DNA of 17,741 nt from Candidatus Heimdallarchaeota archaeon. GTDB taxonomy: Archaea; Asgardarchaeota; Heimdallarchaeia; Heimdallarchaeales; Kariarchaeaceae. The DNA is taken from positions 1-17,741 of the forward strand of contig JACZSS010000005.1 of the NCBI GenBank assembly GCA_022574115.1, read 5' to 3'. Below, piece after piece: positions 7,510 to 14,375 of this stretch. The notes beneath the pieces were generated by a model. It was not told the origin of the DNA. It searched no databases and saw nothing but the letters and a program-made list of their open reading frames with translations. The translations under genes were made by a program, and so were the position numbers. Numbering within the stretch: the stretch's first letter is position 1; every line of letters begins with the position of its first letter.

Positions 7510-8424
7510 ATGAGAACTGAAAATATTAGTCTAATTGTATTGAATATTAATGTTGATTTTAATATTTTAAATTCGTATGATTTTCTAAAATATTCGATCC
7601 CGCCAAACTATTTAAATAGCTTGGTTGCTGATTCTAGTTTGATTACCCATTGGTCATCCACTGAAAGCCGGAACCATCATATGAGCAATGAAATAATTCA
7701 AGCAGACACTGAAGAGACAGACCATAGTATACAGATAGACTTTTGGACAGACTTGCCTATTGTCAAAGAATTTGAAACAGACCTTTATTGGAAGGTAGTA
7801 GCTCCAAGCCCACGAGGAATAATAATAGACATTTTGGTTGAAGGCATTTGGACAATACATCCAAAGACCAGGGACAAAAGAAAAAGAAGAGCTCTGTCAG
7901 CTACGGAAATTTTAGATCGTTTGAACGGAAATGAAAAAAAAGGGATTAAAGGGAGATTAGCTTCAGAAGATATAGTCAAACGCACTAATCTTTACTTTCA
8001 TTTAGAAAAATTGGAAGAAAATGAGGTCATAGAAGTAATCGATACGACAACTACCGGAAAGCGAACGACCACGTATTATGGCCGAACTGCCAAAATTGTA
8101 ATCCCTAAAGGAGATCTAAAACATTACCATCAGAACGCCGTGATGAACTTAGACGATTTTGATGAGCTTTTAACGAGAATTAATCCTGACCTCAAAGTTA
8201 CAGAACTTAAAGAAACTAAGGAATTGGCCTCTCGAATTTACAATTATGGATATTCTAAACAGATGGATCAGTGGTTCAGTGAGAATCAAGAAAATTTGCG
8301 TGGTCTGGAAATGGATTTCAGAAAACTTTATGATTTCTTAAGTATCCTCCTGCGGTATGATGAAGACGCAATCAAAGGACTAAGAAGAATTGCGAAATAT
8401 TTAAAATTACCAAAGTTGGATTAA
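7510..8424 (+). CDS. hypothetical protein (about 305 aa from ATG 7510; track ORF extends to TTG 7372) with a winged-helix-like segment
   Basis: Long ORF. The central stretch ALSATEILDRLNG...YFHLEKLEENEVIEVIDTTTTGKRTTTYYGRTAK resembles an HTH plus beta-hairpin wing. No other recognisable family. The region 7372-7509 translates to low-quality sequence, so ATG 7510, with its TATA box upstream, is preferred. Confidence 0.5.
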   Translation: MRTENISLIVLNINVDFNILNSYDFLKYSIPPNYLNSLVADSSLITHWSSTESRNHHMSNEIIQADTEETDHSIQIDFWTDLPIVKEFETDLYWKVVAPSPRGIIIDILVEGIWTIHPKTRDKRKRRALSATEILDRLNGNEKKGIKGRLASEDIVKRTNLYFHLEKLEENEVIEVIDTTTTGKRTTTYYGRTAKIVIPKGDLKHYHQNAVMNLDDFDELLTRINPDLKVTELKETKELASRIYNYGYSKQMDQWFSENQENLRGLEMDFRKLYDFLSILLRYDEDAIKGLRRIAKYLKLPKLD

Positions 8425-8625
8425 CCACCGACATACGAATAAATTTAGACAAATCCAAATCCAAGATAGATGAAAATATTCAATTATAATGGTTATGCCT
8501 ATTCCAAGACGATTGAACAAGCACCAATACCTCCTTTAAACAGGCTCAAAGACAGTCCTAGTGGATTTTAACATTTGTGAAGATTTCCCTTCAGAACATT
8601 GAAAACATGGTGGCGCTGGGGTCCA

Positions 8626-8859
8626 ATGTTGCAGACTATTTCAGTTCAAGGTATGGAAAACCTACATATCGAAGACGAATTTTTCAAAATCGTCTCATTT
8701 GATTTCCAAACCGTCCAACATCAACTAAATGTAGAGGACACAACCAATAATGAGGAATTTTGGTATTTGATTGAAGGTACTTTAGAAGTTAACGCTGCTG
8801 AAGTCATTTTCACTCTCAATGCCTTAAAATGCCACACTTCAACCAATTCACTGAAATAA
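8626..8859 (+). CDS. small cupin-like protein (77 aa from ATG 8626; track start TTG 8599), degenerate metal-binding motif
   Basis: The pattern FQTVQHQLNVEDTTNNEEFWYLIEGTLEVN...LKCHTSTN resembles cupin motifs 1 and 2, but the HxH ligands are incomplete. It is a weak paralogue of the ORF at 9054. Confidence 0.3.
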   Translation: MLQTISVQGMENLHIEDEFFKIVSFDFQTVQHQLNVEDTTNNEEFWYLIEGTLEVNAAEVIFTLNALKCHTSTNSLK

Positions 8860-9053
8860 AATTGCTAAAAGTTTCAGAAAATGCTCGTGGGATATTTATC
8901 CGCATAATTAACAAGTCAAAGGCTATAAATCAGAATCTGCTGATTACGAACTCGGTAGATTGTGTCAATTTACGTAATCCGACATTTCAGAACAAGTAGA
9001 TTTTTGGATATGGAAATGTCCCATTTCAGTCCAAAGTCCTTAGTTTTGAGGCG

Positions 9054-9296
9054 TTGTATCTTACGGATGGATCTGATTCGGATCACTTCCTGGATGAAGA
9101 AATTCCGCATCTACACTCTGAGTCATCTGAATACTATTTTACTATTTCGGGCAACGATGAAGTCAAGGTGCTTGATCAAACCTACACTATCCCAGATAGC
9201 TCATTTCTGCGTGTACCAACAAATACTTGTCATGAACGAGTTAGCATATCAAACCATTTCATCGGATTTGTTATCAGGTATCCTTTAGATGATTGA
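9054..9296 (+). pseudogene. cupin-domain gene lacking a canonical start; likely N-terminally truncated or frameshifted relative to ATG 9014
   Basis: Frame 0 encodes clean cupin motifs: PHLHSESSEYYFTISG (G-x5-HxH-x3,4-E-x6-G) and VPTNTCHERVSISNH (second motif). Frame 0 is open back to 9000 but has no ATG/GTG, only TTG 9054. That start leaves too few residues before the HxH. An ATG at 9014 lies in frame +1, so a 1-nt frameshift near 9030 would restore a normal-length cupin. Confidence 0.4.
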
Positions 9297-9352
9297 GCGC
9301 AAAAAACTGATTGTGCATAAATCGAAACTCCAATCCCACTTTGACATCGTAA

Positions 9353-9832
9353 TTAACTTGTCAGGTAAGTGAAATAATCTGTGTTTATGCCTTCTTTCCC
9401 TATGGTCTTCAAGAAAGACATCAACTGACCTCGATGATAGGTACTGTGATCAGTAAAAGCTAAATAATAGTCTTCAATGGCTGCAGTTAATACCTTATCA
9501 GGTCCAAGGGGGAAGTCAATAGTGGATCGCTCATCAGCTTTCATATCAGACGAGAATCTTGTTAGAAGCTCTTGCCAGCGTGTAGTTAGCTGTTTAGGAG
9601 AAAAATCATTTAATTCGGTCATAAATTCAGAGAATGGAGTTTTGATGTCAAAGTAGTACATATAGGTTGCGACCCAGTGAACTAATAAATTCTTAATGCT
9701 TCGTTTTGGCCCTGACAATTCCCTTGCGTATTCCTCATCGGTGAGACTATCAACGAGCGGAATTAACCGATTCTCAGCCCACACATAGAATTCGGCGTAT
9801 TTTGGTAAAACCATAACAATTGATGTTTTCAA
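9353..9832 (-). CDS. DinB/YfiT-like (DinB_2 superfamily) metal-dependent protein
   Basis: 159-aa ORF with the DinB-family signature near the C-terminus (DHSTYHRGQL) and a helical-bundle-sized protein. Track start is TTG 9832. ATG at 9814 (MVLPKYAEF) is the more likely start, with an A/T-rich box about 25 nt upstream. Confidence 0.75.
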   Translation of the reverse strand: MKTSIVMVLPKYAEFYVWAENRLIPLVDSLTDEEYARELSGPKRSIKNLLVHWVATYMYYFDIKTPFSEFMTELNDFSPKQLTTRWQELLTRFSSDMKADERSTIDFPLGPDKVLTAAIEDYYLAFTDHSTYHRGQLMSFLKTIGKEGINTDYFTYLTS

Positions 9833-9934
9833 ACATTATTTTTAAGATTATACGCGTGACTAAATTTTTCATTAAATGGATAAAATCATTTAAGAAAGTG
9901 GAAATAACTGCTAAACTGAGAATATCAGATCCCA

Positions 9935-10744
9935 ATGAGCAACTCAAAACTAAGAATAATGATTGGCAATGATGACGGAATTAATAGTATGGGAGTGGAT
10001 ATACTTGCCAAACACGCAAACGAAATGGGTGAAATAAAAATAATTTGCCCAGAAAGGCAGATGACAGCTCAAGGTAAAGGATTGACATTTCATAAACCAA
10101 TTCGTGTCAAGAAAACGACAACGTTTTCCGGATTAACTGGGCTGGCACACAATTCCACTCCTGCACTTTCTTTGTTAGTATATCAACACCTACATGGGAC
10201 CCCAGACGCCGTATTTTCAGGGATAAATAGTGGTGAAAACACTTCAATCCATTCGATATTAACATCTGATACCTGCGCCTTGGCTATGGAAGGAGGAATT
10301 ATGAACATTCCATCATTCGCATTTTCTATCGATGTACCTGAAAGTGCCTTTAACCAAGATCATATTCCTGGTGATGTGGATTTAGCCGGAAAATATTCAG
10401 CCATCATTGCCAAAGCATTCTTAGCACATGGGAGCAAAAATTATTGGAAGAATACCTTGTTTATCAATGTCAATTTTCCCAGAAAATTGAATTTTACCAT
10501 CCCTATTGTAGCCTCTGAAGTTGAAACATACAAGTATGATAATATCCTACATGAACGAGAGGATCCAAGAGGTGAGGAATATTATTGGTTGTGGGGAACA
10601 AGGAGAAAAAATTTCAACACTGATCTTGATAGCTCACGCATTTTTAATAACGAGGCAATTACAGTCAGTGCAATTTCACTCAATAGTAGCATCGATTTGT
10701 ATAAGGAAACAGGTGATATTGCTGCAAGGATTCAACTAGTTTAG
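9935..10744 (+). CDS. surE: 5'(3')-nucleotidase / acid phosphatase SurE
   Basis: 269-aa ORF. N-terminus LRIMIGNDDGINSMG...IKIICPERQMTAQGKGLTFHKPIRV matches the SurE signature (NDDG metal-binding loop, PxRxxSG, LT.H.P.R). Length is typical of SurE. Confidence 0.85.
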   Translation: MSNSKLRIMIGNDDGINSMGVDILAKHANEMGEIKIICPERQMTAQGKGLTFHKPIRVKKTTTFSGLTGLAHNSTPALSLLVYQHLHGTPDAVFSGINSGENTSIHSILTSDTCALAMEGGIMNIPSFAFSIDVPESAFNQDHIPGDVDLAGKYSAIIAKAFLAHGSKNYWKNTLFINVNFPRKLNFTIPIVASEVETYKYDNILHEREDPRGEEYYWLWGTRRKNFNTDLDSSRIFNNEAITVSAISLNSSIDLYKETGDIAARIQLV

Positions 10745-10805
10745 CTTTCTTTGTTGATTACAAAGATCATTATTTGAATCTTACTCATTACCAGGTGAAA
10801 CGGAT

Positions 10806-11810
10806 GTGAAAAATGTTGAAGATTTATCAGAGAGGGATCTTAAAAGTATTGTTGACCAATATGATTTTGGGGAACTGCACAGATATAAAAAAATTGATGG
10901 GGGTAGCACTCCGTGTGCTATGATTCAAACCACTAGCGGTAATTATTTTGTGAAATATATTGATAAATCAATTACAGACGAAAGGATGATTAATTTTACT
11001 AACCATGTCATGCTGAGCTTATCGTCCCTAAAAATTAAGCAACCAGTCATTTACAAAACAATAAATGGAAGTCTGTTGTCGACGAAAGGGTGCATGGTAT
11101 TCGACTATCTAGAGGGAAGTTCAGAGACTTATATCTCGGAAAATCATATCCAAAGCGTATTTACTTACTTGGCTCGATATAATTCTGGTCTTGGCCATTT
11201 GACAGTGCCTGCTTGGATAGGTGAATTTGCAAATCATTGGGATAGAGCTGATTCTTTGACTTATTTATTAGATGATTTTGCTCCTCATATGGACAACAAG
11301 CCGATTGTAGATAAGGTTACAGAGGTTCTTGCGGATGCATTTAAAATCCTAAATGGGCATCGCTCTGAACTTGAAGCATTACCTAGACAATTAATTCATG
11401 GAGACTTGGGAGGTAACAATATTATCAGGTCAGACAAAGCTTCTACCAGTCCTGTGGTAATAGATTTGACACCATATCATGAAAATCACCTCTACTCCAT
11501 CTGTGTACCGATCTACTGGGCATATATTTATTTTGCAAAAAAGGAGAATATCGAGTTTGAAAATATTAGCGAAGCACTTGATGCTTACAATCAGCAATTC
11601 AGATTAGCTGAAGACGAAAAATCGCTATTCTTTGAACTTATTGTCAAAGTGGCCTGTCGAATGGTTGTCGTAATGATTTTATTCGACCTAGACTCAATAA
11701 AATCTCAAGTAAAACCTTTCATAAAATTTTCCCAACCGATTTCGACTGTACATGCACTTAAAAAAATTCTCCTCGAGAAAGATAAAATAACGAGTATAAT
11801 TAATTTCTAA
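10806..11810 (+). CDS. phosphotransferase enzyme family protein (APH/ChoK/homoserine-kinase-II-like kinase fold)
   Basis: 334-aa ORF with a nucleotide-binding N-lobe (IDGGSTPCAMIQTTSGNYFVKYI), the catalytic-loop motif LIHGDLGGNNII (Brenner motif HGDxxxxN) and a downstream VIDLTP (D of DFG-equivalent). GTG start. Confidence 0.75.
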   Translation: MKNVEDLSERDLKSIVDQYDFGELHRYKKIDGGSTPCAMIQTTSGNYFVKYIDKSITDERMINFTNHVMLSLSSLKIKQPVIYKTINGSLLSTKGCMVFDYLEGSSETYISENHIQSVFTYLARYNSGLGHLTVPAWIGEFANHWDRADSLTYLLDDFAPHMDNKPIVDKVTEVLADAFKILNGHRSELEALPRQLIHGDLGGNNIIRSDKASTSPVVIDLTPYHENHLYSICVPIYWAYIYFAKKENIEFENISEALDAYNQQFRLAEDEKSLFFELIVKVACRMVVVMILFDLDSIKSQVKPFIKFSQPISTVHALKKILLEKDKITSIINF

Positions 11811-11842
11811 AATAAATGTAATTATTGGCTAGCCAAATCAGA

Positions 11843-12550
11843 TTATGCTAATTCTAAAATCCGACCAGACATATTCAATGTTGTTTTACAATTTGGACAT
11901 TTCTTTTTCATTTTCAGCCAATCCTCAATGTGATCGAAATGAGCAACTGCGCCGCAATTAGGACATTTAGTTCCTTCTTTGGATCGAGTAAGTGTACCAT
12001 AGCAGATCATACAGACACCTGAAATCTTTGGTCTTGGGAGCAGAAGTCTAATGAATGAAGTGATTCCTTTGATCAAGGCACCTCGATTATCTTCGATTTC
12101 AATTGATTCATATTCACTAGTAACAAATGCAGTGGGTCCGGTAAATTTCTCAATCTTCACAAATGACCCTTTGACAATAGGTTTTGTTATTCCAACTGCT
12201 TTCGCCTGAAGGAAATCAAAGCTCTCGCCATTTTTCACTTTGATTTCTCCAAATTTATTTGGAAAAATATTAATTGTTACCTCCCCGTCTTTTAACAAAT
12301 ACATTTTCTGGATGGAACTTGAGGAGGTCATAAAAATGTAAAGAATTGTTATCACTCCATATGTAAATCCAAAACCCAGTCCGAATGCGGCTGGTTCTTC
12401 CGTTCCTAAGTATCCTGATAAACCCCAGGCAAAGAGCCCATAGGGGAGACCAAGTGTCAAGGGACTAATCAGAAAATCAAATTCGGTGAGTGTTGCCATG
12501 AGATAATAGACAACCGCAATTGCAATAATATAAGTGTAAAATTCTTCCAT
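11843..12550 (-). CDS. membrane protein with NfeD-like OB-fold domain fused to a C-terminal RING-H2-like (treble-clef) zinc finger
   Basis: 235-aa ATG ORF. Two to three N-terminal TM helices. The central stretch GEVTINIFPNKFGEIKVKNGESFDFLQAKAVGITKPIVKGSFVKIEKFTGPTAFV matches the NfeD/YuaF beta-barrel pattern (G.V....p..G.v.v.GE.w.a.....i.kG..V.V...G..l.V). The C-terminus CMICYGTLTRSKEGTKCPNCGAVAHFDHIEDWLKMKKKCPNCK has the pattern C-x2-C-x12-C-x2-C-x4-H-x2-H-x3-WL-x5-C-P-x-C-K, resembling RING-H2 (C.H.FH..C...WL.....CPxCR). Confidence 0.75.
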   Translation of the reverse strand: MEEFYTYIIAIAVVYYLMATLTEFDFLISPLTLGLPYGLFAWGLSGYLGTEEPAAFGLGFGFTYGVITILYIFMTSSSSIQKMYLLKDGEVTINIFPNKFGEIKVKNGESFDFLQAKAVGITKPIVKGSFVKIEKFTGPTAFVTSEYESIEIEDNRGALIKGITSFIRLLLPRPKISGVCMICYGTLTRSKEGTKCPNCGAVAHFDHIEDWLKMKKKCPNCKTTLNMSGRILELA

Positions 12551-12883
12551 CTTGGTGACTCCAATATCGCCTTAATGAAATGACAAGAAAATCATATTTG
12601 AACGTTCTCGATGTAGATTATATATTCTATATATTTCTAAACATCACCCAATTTGATCATAAAAATAAAATTTCCGACTAATTGACAATCATGAAAATCA
12701 ACAAAATATGGGGAAAAACCTCAAAACTCTGATGATCACGACTGATTTTGGATTTCGACTCGTGACTCCTGAATTTAAGTAAAAGGAGGCAGGAAATCCG
12801 AAATTCTCTGAATTTCTGAATGTGAAATGTACGAAAATTGGGTAATCTATCTTTTTTTTATTAATTTTAGAATCCAAAATCGA

Positions 12884-12894
12884 TTTATTAAAAA
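12884..12894 (+). promoter_or_regulatory. TATA-like box (TTTATTAAAAA) about 35 nt upstream of xdhA ATG, in the divergent intergenic region
   Basis: A/T box preceded by a purine-rich AAAATCGA (BRE-like). No SD before ATG 12924. Confidence 0.25.
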
Positions 12895-12923
12895 CAAGGT
12901 CCCGTTTCCCAGCAGTTACGCAA

Positions 12924-14375
12924 ATGTCGGCTCACGAATTGTTTATTCTAAACAATGAGATTATCACAGACGAAATGTTAAGTTCAGACGAGATTACATA
13001 TTCGTCTCTTCTTTTAGATTTTGTAAGATATAATAAAAGACTTCCTGGTACAAAGATAGGATGCAGAGAAGGGGATTGTGGTGCATGTACAGTACTAGTC
13101 GGAGATTTGGTAAATGATCAGCTCGACTATCAGCAAATTGTCTCTTGTTTAACGCCAATTGGAAATATTATTGGTAAACACGTTGTTACGATTGAGGGTA
13201 TCAACAGAGAACAATTAACTCCAATTCAACGGGAAATTATAAATGAAGGTGGGACGCAATGTGGGGCTTGTACACCCGGATTTGTTGTATCTTTGACAGG
13301 ATATGCACTTAACAATGACGTGGTCGGTCCAGAACAAATCATAGGATCCATGGATGGGAACATTTGCAGATGTACTGGTTATAAGTCACTAGAGAAGGCC
13401 GCTATATCAATATTACCTATGCTTGACAGCATTAACAAAACCGATACCTTACGAATTCAAGGATTGGTTGAAAATGAGTTTATTCCTGATTATTTCTTGG
13501 AAATAAAAGATCGATTGATAAATCTCAACAGGAACTTAAGTCGGAAGACAGAATTACACAAATCCAGTAATATCCTGATCGGTGGGGGAACTGACCTGTA
13601 TGTTCAGAGAGCTGAATGGTTGACACGACAATCTGCAGACTTCCTTGAATTGAAAGAATCGTCGTCATTTATTAACCATGAGAACGGGAAAGTGGTGATT
13701 GGGGCTGGAATCACATCAACGCAATTGATGGAATCGAAGGTGTTAACAGACATATTTCCAAATATCTACAAACATTTCAAACTCTTCGGATCAACTTTAA
13801 TTAGAAACATTGCTACACTCGGTGGAAATATAGTCAATGGATCTCCCATTGCCGATATGGTAATTTTCTTTCTTGCATTAAACCCTACGATCAATCTTCA
13901 AGCCCAACAGGAAAAGCGGTCTTTAAATCTTAGAGACTTCTTCTTAGACTACAAAACACTTGATCTGAAAGAAGATGAGATAGTATCCTCCATTGATTTT
14001 AGTTTACCTCCGGATAACGGCTGCTTCAACTTTGAAAAAGTCTCAAAGCGCACATATTTAGATATAGCTAGTGTGAATAGTGCTTTCTACGTAGATTTCG
14101 ATGCAACCAATACCATAACTACCGCTGGATTAACTGCAGGAGGTGTGGCACCAGTTCCTAAATACTTAACAATAGGTTCTGAATACTTAATTGGTAAGCA
14201 AATCAACAATCAGACCCTTCTAAACTTATTAGATATTGTTGATCAAGAAATTTCACCAATCAGTGATGTGAGAGGATCCGCGGAATATAAGCGGCTCCTT
14301 TTGCGACAGTTAATTATTGCCCACTTTATTACCTTGTTTGAGAATTCAGTTCACATTGAGGAGTTGATTGCTTGA
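12924..14375 (+). CDS. xdhA: xanthine dehydrogenase family small subunit: 2Fe-2S ferredoxin + FAD-binding (XdhA-type)
   Basis: 483 aa. The first 2Fe-2S motif is CREGDCGACTV. The second is CGACTPG...CRCTGY. The FAD-binding domain carries IGGGTDLYVQ. The domain order FeS+FAD in one polypeptide matches bacterial XdhA. Confidence 0.9.
   Translation: MSAHELFILNNEIITDEMLSSDEITYSSLLLDFVRYNKRLPGTKIGCREGDCGACTVLVGDLVNDQLDYQQIVSCLTPIGNIIGKHVVTIEGINREQLTPIQREIINEGGTQCGACTPGFVVSLTGYALNNDVVGPEQIIGSMDGNICRCTGYKSLEKAAISILPMLDSINKTDTLRIQGLVENEFIPDYFLEIKDRLINLNRNLSRKTELHKSSNILIGGGTDLYVQRAEWLTRQSADFLELKESSSFINHENGKVVIGAGITSTQLMESKVLTDIFPNIYKHFKLFGSTLIRNIATLGGNIVNGSPIADMVIFFLALNPTINLQAQQEKRSLNLRDFFLDYKTLDLKEDEIVSSIDFSLPPDNGCFNFEKVSKRTYLDIASVNSAFYVDFDATNTITTAGLTAGGVAPVPKYLTIGSEYLIGKQINNQTLLNLLDIVDQEISPISDVRGSAEYKRLLLRQLIIAHFITLFENSVHIEELIA

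Noticed and set aside
7654-7985. Two minus-strand ORFs (7654..7860, 7785..7985)
   Set aside because: Antisense to the 7510..8424 ORF, with no independent support.
8962-9288. 108-aa plus-strand ORF
   Set aside because: Wrong frame of the cupin gene: its translation is hydrophobic noise whereas frame 0 carries the cupin motifs. Only its ATG at 9014 is retained as the possible original start, under the frameshift hypothesis.
10521-10739. 72-aa plus-strand ORF
   Set aside because: Alternative frame inside surE.
12783-12870. AAGGAGG heptamer and a 46-codon ORF (ATG 12827) overlapping the xdhA start
   Set aside because: The ATG is about 38 nt from the heptamer, so it is not an SD spacing. The ORF overlaps the xdhA start in another frame and has no similarity. 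The heptamer is likely a chance occurrence in an organism not using SD.
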